This document shows, piece by piece, positions 1 to 13,235 of a stretch of 64,000 nt of DNA. Source of the DNA: Hypanus sabinus (taxonomy: Eukaryota); contig NC_082708.1 in assembly GCF_030144855.1 (NCBI RefSeq), forward strand, positions 128,774,001 through 128,838,000. The letters run 5' to 3'. The notes under the pieces were generated by a model, which was not told where the DNA came from, ran no database searches, and was given only the letters and a program-made list of their open reading frames with translations. Position numbers and translations under genes: made by a program. The first letter of the stretch is position 1; every line of letters starts with the position of its first letter.

Positions 1-2151
1 CTTGAAGGAAAGGGACCTTTGGGAGGCAGTGGTCATAATATGGTAGAATTATGTCAGTCAACAGACCAGGAAAGCAGCCTGACAAATCCAGTAGGCTAAC
101 ATCAATATATAGCCTGCAGTTTGCGGGAGTACAGATAAAATCAGATGTATCAGTTTTATAGTTGAGAAAAAGGAACTACAGAGGCATGTGAAAGAAGCTA
201 GCCAAAGTTAATTGGATGAGGACACCAGCAGAGATGACGGCAGAACAGCAATGGCTAGAGTTTTGGGGAGCAATTTGGAAAGTGCAGGATAGCTATGTCC
301 AAGAGTAAGTATTCTAAAGGAAGAATGAGGGCATATAACAGAGCAAAAATTAGTGGGAAGCTAGAGTTTTAGGAAGCTTCTAAAAGACAACAGAAGGCAG
401 CTAAAAACAGTAATGAGGAGAGAAAAAATGAAATTTGAAGGGAAGTTAGCGAATAACTTAAAAGAGAATACCAGAAGTATTCAGTATATACAAAGAGTAA
501 GAGAGAAGCAAGAACAGCTACCAGACCACTGGAAAATGATGCTGGAGGAGAGGATTGTAGGAAGTATTTTGTGTCGCACTTTACTGTGGAAGACACCAGC
601 AGTATGCCAGAAATTTGAGATCATCAGGAGATAGGTATTAATAAGCTGAAGGTGCATGGGAATATGAAAGATGTGAAGATAAGTAAGTCACCTGGAATTG
701 ATGGACTACAACCCTGGGTTCTGAAAGAGGTAGCTGAAGAGATTGTGGAAGCATTAGTTGTGATCGTTTAAGAATCATTAGTTTCTGGAATGGTTCCAGA
801 GAACCGGAAAATTGCAAAAAATCATTCCACTCTTTAAGAAGGGACGGAGGCAGGCAGAAGAAAATAAATTATAGGCCAATTAGCCTGACCTTAGTGATTG
901 GGAAGATGTTGGAATCCATTTTTAACAATGAGGTTTTTGGATACTTGGAAACACATGATAAAATAAGCCAAAATCAGCTTGGTTTTCTTCAGGGGAAATC
1001 TTGTCTGACAAACATGCTGATTATTCTTTGAGGGAACAACAGGCAGGATAGACAAAGGATGTTGTTAAATTGGATTTACAGAAGGCCTTTGACAAGGTGT
1101 TACATATGATGCTGCTAAACAGGATAAAAGTCCATGGTATTACAGGAAAGATACAGACATGGATGGAAGATTGGCTGACTGGCAGGAGGCAAAGACTGGA
1201 AATAAAGGAAGCCATATCTGGTTGGCTACAGGTAGCTAGAAGTTTTCTGTTGAGTCAGTGTTGGAAACACTTCTTATCATGTTATATGTCAATGATTTGG
1301 ATTTTGGAATTGATGGCTTTGTGGCCAGGTTTGCTATTGATACACATTGGAGGGCAGGTAGTGTAGAGGAAGCAGGGAGTCTGCTGAAGGACTTAGACAG
1401 ATTGGGAGATAGGCAGAGGTGGTATATGGATTACAGTGTAGAGAAGTGAATGGTCATGCTGTTTGTGAGGGGGAATGAAGGCACAGACTATTTTCCAAAT
1501 GGGGAGCAAATTCTCAAATCAGAGGTGCAAAGGGACTAAGGAGATCTCATGGAGGAATCCCTAAATTTTAACTTGCAGGTTGAGTCAGTGATATGGTAGG
1601 CAAATGCAATGTTAGCATTCAAGTTCAATTTCAAATTCGTTTAAATTTAATTATCATTCACTATACATGAATATAGCCAAATGAAACAATGTTCCTTCCA
1701 AGCCCAAGGTGCAAAGCATATTACCAACAGCACAAAGCACAAATAGCAATACAGTTATGATGTCATAAAAGCTGTTATTTAAAAATAAATATATAGTCCA
1801 AGTCCCTGAGTGGCAAGATTGATGATTGATGGTAAGCTGTTCTCATCCAGCATGTTCTTCCATCAAGCGAACACTGGAGACAGCATTGACCAACCACTGG
1901 GGGAGTAGATTTTGGATGGAGATGAGGAAGAACTGCTTTTCCCAGAGGGGGGTGAATCTGTGGAATTCTTTGCCCAATGAAGCAGTGAATTCTACCTCAA
2001 TAAATATACCTAAGGCAAGGTTGGAAAGATTTTTGCATAATAGGGGAGTTTAGGGTTATGTGGAAGATGAAGGTAGGTGGAAATGAGTCCATGATCTTAT
2101 TGTATGGCGGGGCAGGCTCATCGGGCCTGGCAGCCTACTCTTGCTCCTATT

Positions 2152-2184
2152 CCTGATGAATGGTCTCGGCCTGAAACGTCGACA
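2152..2184 (+). ncRNA. Minimal type-I hammerhead ribozyme motif (probably inactive copy)
   Basis: CTGATGA 2153-2159, stem II GGTC/GGCC, GAAAC 2173-2177, GTC triplet 2178-2180. The 5' strand of stem I is truncated and the stem II closing pair is a T-T mismatch. Confidence 0.6.
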
Positions 2185-2284
2185 GTGCTTCTCTCTATAG
2201 ATGTTGCCTGGCTTGCTGCGTTCCACCAGCATTTTGTGTGTGTGTTGCTTCAATTTCCAGCATCTGCAGATTTCCGCGTGTTTG
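2152..2284 (+). mobile_element. Penelope-derived short insertion with hammerhead motif, 14-bp TSD
   Basis: Flanked by ctcttgctcctatt at 2138-2151 and 2285-2298; begins cCTGATGA..GAAACGTCGAC. Confidence 0.75.
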
Positions 2285-4954
2285 CTCTTGCTCCTATTTC
2301 TTGTGTTCTTATGTTCTTATAAGCAGCACTGAGTGAATACTGGAGAGCAGCACAATGGGAGGGGCCAGCTCCTAAGTTAGTACATGTTCCAAGCCCATCG
2401 GAATCCACTGATGTCCCACACACTGCTTCCAGAATCTCCTCCCCGGGTGACTGCAATGGGCAACCCCACGGCAAGGGCCTGGTCTGCACCACGACCGGAG
2501 CAACACAGCTCCTCTGCTGGCTATCTTGTCAATGAAACATCGATCCTGACTTGCAGTGTTCTACATTACCAATATCCAACAGGGTCTCCTGGTCACAATA
2601 AAAGCGTCCAAGACAACCACTCACACCGTGCACCATCTCAACACAGCAACAATACACAGCAAGCACAGATGACAACACAACAACAGTACACAATAAGTCC
2701 AGCTCCATCGCTATTGTAATGGGATGGTCCCATAGTATGTGATATTCTTAGTATCCAGCAGTGACTTGTGATCATCAAAAAGACGTACAGGATGAACATA
2801 TACACCTTCGCTTGGACCTGCTGTGATCAATGTGTCCAAGAGTTCTGGAATCTAAAGGAGGTGAATCCGTGGATTCACTACAAATGTCTGTGGAAGCCAA
2901 GTCTTTGGCAATATTTAAAGTTGAGGTTGATATGTTCTTGATTGGGACGAGCATTTGGAGGGGACAAGAATGTGAAAGCTTGGACGTAATGCTTTGGCTT
3001 TATAAAGTGTTGGTCAGACCACATTTGGAGTATTGTGATTAGTTTTGGGTCCTTTACCTACAAACGGACGTGCTGGCATTGGAGAGGGTTCCCAAGAATG
3101 ATCCCGGGACTGAAAGGGTTTGTGTATGAAGAGAGTTTATTGGCACTGGGCATGTACTTGCAGGAGTTTAGAAGGACTGGGGGGGATCTCACTGAATACC
3201 ATTGAATACTGAAAGACTTAACTTGAGTGGACATTGAAAAGGTGTTTCTTATAGTTGGGGTGTCTAGGACCAGAAGGCACTGCCACAATACAAAGATGAC
3301 CCTTTAGAACAGAGGTGAGGAGGAATGTCTTTTCTAGAGTGTGGTGAATCTGTGGAAATGATATATTTAAAGTAGAGATTGTTAAGTTCTCAATCAATAA
3401 GGTTATAGGGAGAAAACAGGACAATGGGGATGAGAGGGGCAGTAATCAGCCATGGTGGAATGGCAGTGCAGACTCAATGAGCCAAGTGACCTAATTCTGT
3501 TCCTATGTCTTATAGCCTTTTAATAAATTTTAAAAGACAGATGAACAGGTACAATGGGTAAAAGAAAAAATTTAGGTACTGGTCAAAATGCTGGCAAATA
3601 AGAGAGCTGAGTCAGCATGAAACAATTCAGCCAAAGTGCCTGCTTCTGTGCAATATGACTTAATTCTCTCATATCATAAAGCATTATTGCCCTCATTTTT
3701 ACATGATCAACCATTTTTCACTCTTTTTCTGATCAGATTCATGTACAAAGATTTTCCAGCATCTTATGCAAAAGAGTACTACTTATAAATAATGCCATCT
3801 CAATTAAAATAGAACATTAGGCACTCTTAATATTAGACTTTAAGTTGATTATCTCAGCCATTGACAAGCACTAGTTATACTCAAGAAATTATAATGGATA
3901 TGCTACTATAGTGGATATGCTATCCCCCTTGCTCAGAATAGATGTGGTTTAACCACATACCATCATCTTTGTAACAATTTCTCTTAACTTAACAACCAAC
4001 AGCTTTTCAGAATGAATTGGCTGTAGATGAGAGGGAAAAAAAAGATTCCTCAGCATTCTGTCTGATTCAAGAGCATAGTTTAGAAAAGGTTAAAGCTTGG
4101 ATACTCATCGCTTGACATTTCCCAATTAGTTTTCTAAAGAGCATAATCTCCACATGGCCTTTACAGGATACCAGAAAACTTGGGATGATGGTAGGTGGCT
4201 TTAAACTGGATGAGTTCCTATTCTTGGCTCATAAGATTCTGATCTCCAAATGGACAAAATATATAGAGAGAGGGAGACTCATGACTGCAGGGCAACCAAG
4301 CAGCCTGGAGCATTAAGGCTAGATTATGTTTTTGCAAATTTTCAAGCATGCAATGTAAATTATCAGTAAATACCTTGCAATTTTAATAGTTCCCTTACTA
4401 TATTATTTTTATACAGTAATTATCATGTAGATGAACATATACATAAGACAATGCTCAGAAAATTCAGTGCAAAAAGATGAATGATTTGGATACAAAGGAG
4501 AACAATCTAAATTAAGTCCTCACATCAGTAAATATGAAACTGAATAAATTCCAAATCCGATCAGTTTAGTCTGGGAATGTGAAATATATATGGAAGTCAG
4601 TGAGAGTAAATGGTTTGAAGAAACTTAAAGCATTAAGGATCTGATATTGTTCATGTATCAGAAAAACCTACACAAAGGATATTATAGCTTTTATTGAAGG
4701 TATACAGTAGCCCATTATATATGAAGAAATCCTTTAACCAAAAGTAGCAAACTGGGTGTTCACAACATTCCACTGGATTCCCTAATGAATCTGCCTCAGT
4801 AGCAGTCAAGAACAATACCCCACAATAATAATTATTGGAAACTAACATGCCAACTGACCCTAATAAATTCTGCCATATCTACAAATCCGATCTTGCAGTA
4901 TGGAGTAACAGTGAAAATAACTCAAACAGCCGGCAACATCTGGTTTCAGCAGAG

Positions 4955-5923
4955 AAAATCTGGAAGCAACCCGGCAAATGCAAATGCATTTACCAAAGGG
5001 CGAGTACATAGTCACATCTGGGAAAAGACATCTGAAGCACACAAAGAAGACACCAAGTTCAGCATCGTGTTGTTGCCAGTCTCACTGCTGTCTCCTCTGC
5101 TCAGTTTACAGGATATCTGGGAAGAATTTAAAGAAGAACACAGAGATAAACTGTAAATCTTCTGGAGCACAGGAATAAAGCATATATACACCACTGTACT
5201 TCTTAAAGAGACATCCAAATGATTGCACCACATCATTATATTTGTTATTTCTGGGGCATGACTGATGACTCAGTTCAATTCACACTTTGTTTTGTCAAAT
5301 GTTCTCCCACTGGCCACCTTAATAGAATACCAGTGTACCATGTCCCATCAGCACTACATGTACATTTGACAAGTCTCAGAGGAATTGTACACCTGCACAG
5401 GAAATGAGTACCAGCTCCTAATTTTGTTCCAAACTGACCAATGCTCCAATGCAGTTGAACGGTGATTGAAAAAGTTAAGTTGTGAGTTCGAATTGATTTG
5501 GTGAGGGTGTTGGGAGTAATCTGTTTTGGTAAATGGACAACATGGTACACTGGTATTCTATTAAGGTGGCCAGTGTGAGAACATTTGACAAAACAAAGTG
5601 TGAGCTGAATTGAGTCATCAGTCATGTCCCAGAAATAACAAATATAATGATGTAGTGCAATCATTTGGATGTCTCTTTAATAAGTACAGTGGTATATACA
5701 GTACGTATATGCTTTATTTTTGTCTCCAGAAAATTTGCAGCTTATCTCTGCGTTCTTCTTTAAAGTCTTCCCAGATGTCCTGCAAACTGAGCAGAGGAGA
5801 TAGGAGTGAGACTGACAACAAGACAATGCTGCACTTGGTGTCTTGTTTGTGTGTTTTAGATGTGATTATGTACTCACCTTTTGGTAACTGTGTTTGTTTT
5901 TTGCTAGTTCACTTCTAGATTTT
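4955..5923. repeat. Long imperfect inverted repeat (arms ~4955-5343 and ~5540-5923, ~196-bp spacer)
   Basis: The arms are reverse complements; the ORF track shows near-identical peptides on opposite strands (MIAPHHYICYFWG.. / MIALHHYICYFWD..). Confidence 0.95.
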
Positions 5924-7110
5924 AATACCAAATTCAATGTGTTAATATCCGAAAGACAGAAAATGGTAATCACTCTTCATTTAAGCCCTTGATATAGACC
6001 CTCACTCGATGAAATAATCCCACTGAGGTCTTGTTGGATAAAGGTTGCCAGGCCCTCAATGGCAAGGCTTTGTCATATTGCTTGACTGGTTGGTTGAGTG
6101 TAGAAATGTATTGAGGTGAGGGTATGGTTCAGAACAAGGTCTGCTATCAAAATTGGTAAACATTTTGACAGTTGGCGAAGCCATACCCCAGACTCAGTCA
6201 ATTGTCAATGTACTTTGAATGCTCCTGAACATTACCAATATTCACAAATATTCAAAAATATTTCAAAATTATTAACAATTAAAAGAAATATTAAAACTTA
6301 ATTTTTTGAATTAAAAAAGCTATAACAGTAAAATGCAAAGTTAAAACTCTCAGATAAATTCAGATTTCTCAAAACACTAATCTTTATTAAACACTAATCC
6401 TGCTTAAACTGTGCTCATTCTTTGCCTGAGTGAATATATTTTTTAACAGCTAGAAGAACAGTGAGTGAACTAGTAAAGACAAAAACTTCTGTGGATAGCA
6501 ATATATTAGGGTCGGACAATTTTGAAGGGCATGTTTCTATATAGCCTGCAGCTGTGATAAATATCCTTGAAAAGCGATGGAATTGGAGCCAAGTTGAAAA
6601 TAATTACTTGAAACTTCAAAGCTGAAACACTGCACAAGAAGTTTGGAGTAGAAGAATAACAATGGTCAGATATCAGCAGGAGCTGGCACATGAGATACTG
6701 GCAAAGACTAGTGATGCCTAATGAGCAAAATGACTATCGACAACAAACTGACTGATTGAATTAACAAACCCAAGATCACTTCGTACTCTTACATTGTAGA
6801 AATAAAATGATATCATTGGGTAAGTCTGTGACTTTATTTGCAATGTTTATAAATACTGAAAAACATATTAAAAATAACTTAAATTGCACACATTTTTTTT
6901 AGTAAAGTTGAAAATAAATGTTATTGTTCTGAGTACAGCATACTTATTATAAACACCAGAGTTTATGTATGTGCACATGTCAACTTCTCCAGACTCAGCT
7001 ATAATGTATCTCTTTGTACACCACTTTCTTTCCCTAATGATTAATCAGGAAAATCAATAACTTACTTGTCAATAGCACCCTTCATATCATTCCACATCCT
7101 CATAAGCAAA

Positions 7111-7370
7111 TGGGGACACCACAGTAGCATAGCAGCTGGTGCAACGCTATTACAGCTCAGGGCATTGGAGCACACAGTTCAATTCTAGTGCCGTCTGTAA
7201 CCGTGTGAGCTTCCTCCAAGTGCTCTCGTTTCCTCCTACACTCCAAAGATATACAGTTAGTTGGTTAATTTTCCTGTGATTAGGCTAGAGTTAAATAGGG
7301 AGGTTTGCTGGCTTGCATGGTTTGTTTGGTCAGAAGAACTCATTTCGTGCTGTCTCTGTAAACAAAAAAA
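7111..7370 (+). mobile_element. tRNA-derived V-SINE (HE1-like)
   Basis: tRNA-like head with gttcaattc B-box, V-domain-like ttcctccaagtgctctcgtttcctcc, CR1-like tail and A-run. Confidence 0.7.
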
Positions 7371-8559
7371 ATTGGATAAGTGTAATTATTTATATGCATA
7401 AACCTCTGTTTTGGGGAACTTGGTTTTGCTGGTGTTAACCCAGCAACAGAGCCAAATATGTTCTTAACTGGTGAAGTATTGCTTCATTATCTTTCAAACA
7501 GCAAATGAATTGGGAACAAAAAAGTAAGCCAAGAGATGGCTGATTTTCTGATATTGGTTTTCTGCACAGTTACTTTGTGCATGCTATGAGTCACACTCAA
7601 GTTTGGAACTCATCAAACCATATTATAAGCTTGAAAATACCATTTCACCTCTGCTGTTTGATTGTGTACAGAACACCACTGGACAGCTATGCATTTGTTA
7701 ATTCACTTTTCTAGCACTTACATTGATCTTTCATTCTCAGTTCCTCTTCCAGACTAAAATTCCAATGTTCTGTATCCCCAGTGCTCTGCCTGGGTTTTTG
7801 TGTATTCATGTAATTTAATTTGGTTATTTTTACTTTGTTGCTACCAAATAAGACCTGGCAAATGTTCTTTTACATAAATTTCACATTGAAGAACTTAATA
7901 AAACTTCTGTAAACAATACATAAATGTCCTATGTTCATGCTAATTATATAATAGTGGGATCAGCAAGAATTCTCAATATATAGTACTGAAATAAACACAA
8001 GGACACCCTTTACCAATCTTAAACTTTAAAGGCAGCAATGAATTTGCTAAAAACAAACTAATTGCTTTCACCAACTCTTGTTACTTTCAAGGTTTAGGAT
8101 TGGTGGCATCAACTGCAATTAGTTTTTAGTGATTTCCTCTGTATGGAATTCCTGGTATACAAAAATGCATAATAAAGGTCAGTATAACAAGTTCATTGAT
8201 TAGAATGCCATTTAATTAATGTGAAGCATGTGATTTGAGAGGGAGCCTCACTTTGATGTATAAGAAGTTGAAAGCATTCAGTTTTTTGGAAAATCCAGCT
8301 GACACAATTGAAACCAAATTAAATCTGTGTCCAATAAGAAAGTTAAGTAAGTCTGGAACTGTCACATAATCTCCTGCTGGTATTTATCTATCTCTCCATA
8401 CTTGCATGATCCATATACAGACACCCAACCTACCTGTCATTTTCTCTGGTGCTCTGCAATTGTGAACACACAAAGAAAAAACTTCATTTCTATGAGATGC
8501 TGCCTGAGCTGCTGAGTTCCTCCAGCATTTTGTGTGTGTTGTCCTTAATGAGCCAGGCC

Positions 8560-8690
8560 TCTGCGATGAGCAAATAACAAAGCCTCATGTGTCTGCTTGC
8601 ATCTGCAGTTCATTGTTGTGCATGCACTGACATTCATGAGAAGCTTGGACCATCATGTATTTGTTCTTGATCAACATCCTCCAGAGTCTT
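8560..8690 (-). pseudogene. Decayed TIL/TILa junction exon
   Basis: VQASHECQCMHNNELQMQADT, resembling 'CVPxxECxCxHNxxxYxxGDT'. Confidence 0.4.
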
Positions 8691-8897
8691 AACTCTTACT
8701 CTATGCCAATAACTTCTTTAAACACACTATTCTTATTCCCTAATATGACAGGCTGTTGTCCACTCTCTTACAAGTTGTTTTAAACCCACCCTGAATACAT
8801 TAGATAACTCTCTTGCAATTACAGTGATCCCAGTTTATTTATGATGCAGCTTGACCCTGTTCTTTTAAAACCTCTGAATTATCTATAAATCTCCCAG

Positions 8898-9410
8898 TTC
8901 AGAATCAGAATCAAGTTTATTATCATCAGCATGTGTCATGAAATTTGATTGCTTAGCAGCAGCAGTACAATGTAATACATGATAATATAGAAAGAAAAAA
9001 TAAGTAAGTTAATTAATAATAGAGTAAAACAGAAATAATACTTCAAAAGTGAGGTAATGTTCATGGATCAACGTCCGTTTAGGAATCAGATGGCAGAGGG
9101 GAAGAAGCTGTTCCTGAATCACTGAGTGTGAGCCTTCAGGCTTCTGTATCTCTTTCCTGACAGTAACAATGAGAACAGGGCATGTGCTGGGTGATGGATA
9201 ATGCACACCACCTCTTTGAGGCACCGCTCCTTGAAGGTGCCTTGAATACTACAGAGGTACCCAAGATGGAGCTGACTAATTTTACAACTTTCTGAAGCTT
9301 CTTTCAGTGCTGTGCAGTAGCGCCCCCACCCCCATACCAGACAGTGATGCAGTCTGTCAGAATGCTCTCCATGATACATCTACAGAAGTTTTAGGTGACA
9401 AACCCAAATC
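8898..9410 (-). mobile_element. Rex1/Babar-like LINE 3' fragment
   Basis: Minus-strand peptides ESILTDCITVWYG and HPAHALFSLLLSGKRYRSLKAHT; (ttctga)n tail. Confidence 0.7.
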
Positions 9411-11494
9411 TCCCATTTCCTGATTAAGTTTAACAGCCAAAAGAAAGTAAGTGTTTTCTGTTCCCACATGGAATCAGGAAGAGCAAGAACACAGTTCTCA
9501 ATTATACAACTCTCTCAAATGGTTCATTTCAGTTCCTCCTCTCTGCAAATACCCTAAGGCTGCCAATAGTTAGAAACCATCAAATTTCCAAATGGTCTAT
9601 CAACCCAAAAACACTACTCTGTTATTCCTTTTGTCACTCTATCTATTTAGTCATTTTTATGTCTACGCAGTGTTCTGCTACCACAAAACAACAATTTCCT
9701 TGACATATAAATCAGTGATAATAAAGCCAATTCTGATTCCGATCTGTTGACATGGATGTGCATTCAATGGATGAGCAATAGTGCTAAAAGCTTGTATCAA
9801 TTTTTCAGATGAGATTCAAAGTCAATCTAGCATTGGTTTGAAGTGCTAAAGTTCATTGATTAATCATTGCACTCTGTTGATGTAGCACAAATGATTCAGT
9901 CCAAATTCCATCATATTTGAAGTAAATACGTTTGTTTATAATACTTCTCACAATTATTTTATTACCTACCATTGTACTTATAACATTTACTCTTCTTATC
10001 AGGGCACTATTGCTCACAGAGTTATAAGGTATTGAAAATTTGTCACAATGCTCCTTATGGAAAAGTTTATTTCATAAAATTATATGGAATTTAATGCCAA
10101 AGAAAGAGAATGAGATTAAAGCCAGTGATATATACATTCAGTGCAGATTTTCATAAATGCTTGTATATTTCTTTCTCTTTTCTGTGAATCCTTGCAAGGT
10201 AGCATATGGTAACATATATGTACTTTGTTAGTAAATTTACTTTGAACTTTGAACTTTGAATCTTTCTGGTCCTTATTACAACAGTATGGATAGGATTTCA
10301 GTGCTGGACAGGCAGACCTTGGTTTTTGGAAACAGTGGGGGGTGGAAGTCTAGGAGTTTATGAGAATTGGGTGGGAAGTTGGAATTTGGCAGCAATGAAG
10401 ATCCTGTGATCTAGCATCATTATGGTAGAGAAACATGAGGTTTGGCAAAACTATAAAGGGAGATTTGAGTTTGGATCATCTGGAACTGGAATGTGAGCTT
10501 TTGCTTACTGGAGGATTCCTGGAATCTATCAGGACTAAGAGGAGGGGAAGGGAAATAGGGTTTGATTCCACCGGGAGGGGCAACCCTATGTATGCAGTTA
10601 AGGCCTGTGAATTTATAAGGACCTGATGTAAACATTAAGATCAATTGTCTAGTTTTTTTCTCTAGAAACTCAGCTGCAGTTTTTCCACTATACCCAGTTA
10701 TCTCTAGATATTGAGCTAAAAGTTTTGGGAATGAAGTATGAATTGCGCGTTTTTCTTTAACATGCATTTCATGCAAGTGATGTTCCTGTTAGTTGCTGTA
10801 TCAGCTTATTTATCAATGTGATAATGAAACACAATCCATCTCTCTAGCCCAGGAAGGGAAAATGTAATTGAGATATATTACTAAAGTTAATAATTTATGC
10901 TTTGGATTTCATGGCTTTTATGTATTTTTATGTGCTTTGAAGCATTTGTACTTGATTTAATTAATCATATTTAATGAAGTTTCAAATTGAATTGTTTCAT
11001 CGTTTTTACAAATGGTTTTTTACATTTACTGGCACATCCAAATGCAAGTACAAATAAATTATATAAAAATTAGAAGAATCTACATGGATATAGCTTTTGA
11101 AATTTGATGACATTATTATCCTTTAAATAAGCTTAGAAATAACTAAGCAAATATGAAAGAAAGTTATTAGAAATAGACTACTGAGTATAATGAGAAATTA
11201 AGTACTTTGTAAGGATCAGAATAGACAAGGTGAATTCCATCAGTGAGATCAGATCTATGAGACCTGCTTTGCTGAAAAGGCTGAGGCTTCAAATAAAATG
11301 ACAAATGACTTCATTAAGTAATCAAAAGGTGATCTTTTAAAATTATGTTCAATTCTTGACACATTGAATGAAGTTTTATGTGCACTTCTGTCAAAATATC
11401 AATCTTTATTTTCCTCTCCAATAGAAAGAACAAAATTAAAATTACTGGAGCATTGCCTCCACTCCAATGCTTTCACAATACTTATTTCTTTTAT

Positions 11495-11715
11495 TTATTT
11501 ATGTATTGAGATAGAGCGCAGAAAAGGCCCTCTACCTTTGAGCCACACTGCCCAGCAGTTCTCAGACATAATCTGAGCCTAATTATGGGAAAACTTACAA
11601 TGACCAACTAACCAACCAACCAGTACGTCTTTGGACTGTGGGGGGAAACTGGAGCACCTGGAGGAAACTCACACAGTCACAGGGAGCACATGCAAATTCC
11701 TTCCAGGCAGCAACA
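11495..11715 (-). mobile_element. V-SINE fragment
   Basis: Reverse complement of the V-domain (ggaaactggagcacctggaggaaac). Confidence 0.7.
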
Positions 11716-12224
11716 GGAGCTTATTTCTTGAAATAAACAACAGAGCAGAGTGATGCTTACATTTCCAAATTCTGTGATAGCTGCAGTGCTGTAGTGATGG
11801 GGGTCATGGGAATTTGGGCACAGCTAGTTTAACAAATGCTGGGATTCATCTCCAGTTTGTGCAGTTAGAAGCAGATGATATGAAGCAGCTGCCCCCCTGT
11901 ACATGAGCTTAAGTTTTATCCCACAGTCCAAAGGTGTAACATTTAGTGGGTTAATTGGTCATTGTAAATTGTCCTGTGACTGGTCTAGTGTTAGATAGGT
12001 GGGTTTTTGTGCAGTGCAGCTCGTTGGGCTGGAAGTGCCTGTCCCGTATTGCATCTCTAAATAAAATAAAATAGGAATGGGATTTAGAAACAGGTGTCAG
12101 GGATCAGAGATTGGTGGGTGAAGTGGGCAGTCAAAATGGAGGAGTAATGAGAATACAGGCCAGTTGGTGGGGTGGGGGGGACAGTGATGCAATGATTTAC
12201 TAAACTTCTTCCAATGCAGTGGAC

Positions 12225-12425
12225 TACATCCGGAGAAATGACCTTGAGCTTTCAGTTGCCTGTCGCTTTAATTCTCCACCCTAATGCTAACTTTACGTAC
12301 TTGTGGTCGCTTGAACTATTACAGTGAGGGTCAATGCAAGCTTGAGAAACAACATCTCATCTTCTATCTAGGATTGTTGCAGCCTTCGGGCTCAATGTCA
12401 AATTCTATTACTAAAGGTAATTCAC
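12225..12425 (+). mobile_element. Penelope-like element, GIY-YIG C-terminal fragment
   Basis: YSEGQCKLEKQHLIFYLGLLQPSG matches the Penelope endonuclease end motif KLEEQHLIFRLGTLQPxG. Confidence 0.7.
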
Positions 12426-12614
12426 TTTCTCTGTATCAGCACTGGACACTTGCACTCGAAGTCATCCACTCTAGATTTGGAATCGGTTTCTCTTTCTCCA
12501 TCATCTACTGTTTTCAGCACTTCCTGTTTTTGTATCTCCTTCTTATGAAGGAATGTAAAAAATCCCCTGATCCACCCAGCTCCATCATCAAGGAAATATT
12601 TTTCAAAAGCTTGT

Positions 12615-13235
12615 AGACCATAGGATAACATAGCACAAGAACAAGCTCTATAGCCCAAAATGTTCCGCTGAACTGATAAATTTACTGATGAAATGCTCTA
12701 ATGAACTAAATCTCTTCTGCTCTCAATGTCCATATATTTATATTCCTTATACATTCATGCTCCTATCTAAGAACCTCTTGAATGCTTCTAAAATATTTAC
12801 TTCCATCACAACCCCAAGCAGTGCATTCTGGTACCCAATACTCTCTGTGTAAAAACTTGCCCCGTACAGTACATCTCCTTTGGATTTACTCCCTCTCTGG
12901 TGTTTGACATTTCAATCCTGGAGAAAAGATACTGGCTGTCTACTTAATCAATGCCTCTCTTAATCTCTATCAGATCTCCCCTCAGTCTCCACTGCTCCAG
13001 AGAAAACAACCCAAGTTTATCCAACTTCACCTTATAACTTTTCCTTTCTAATCTAGGCAACATCCCGGTAAATTCTTCTGCACCTTCTCCAAAGTATTCA
13101 AATCCTTCCTATAATGAGACAACCAGAATTAATGCAGCACTCCAGATGTGGCCAAACTAGAGTTTTATAGAGCTGCAACACAACTCCCCAACTCTTCAAC
13201 TCAGTCCCTCAACTAATAAAGGTAGGTACACTTTG
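12615..13235 (-). mobile_element. CR1 LINE 3' fragment
   Basis: Reverse complement encodes LYKTLVWPHLEC and carries the CR1 3' tail. Confidence 0.75.

Larger units (their letters stand above)
1897..2320 (+). mobile_element. CR1 3' end fragment (hosts the 2152-2284 insertion)
   Basis: EMRKNCFSQRGVNLWNSLP, followed by the CR1 3' UTR and ttcttatg tail. Confidence 0.8.
1..3515 (+). mobile_element. Degenerate CR1-clade LINE ORF2 and 3' end, interrupted by insertions at ~1621-2955
   Basis: RT motifs DLQKAFDKV, LYVNDLDFG and LWLYKVLVRPHLEYC; typical CR1 3' tail near 3450-3515. Confidence 0.9.

Noticed and set aside
7111-7200. tRNA-like sequence
   Set aside because: Degenerate SINE head; no complete cloverleaf.
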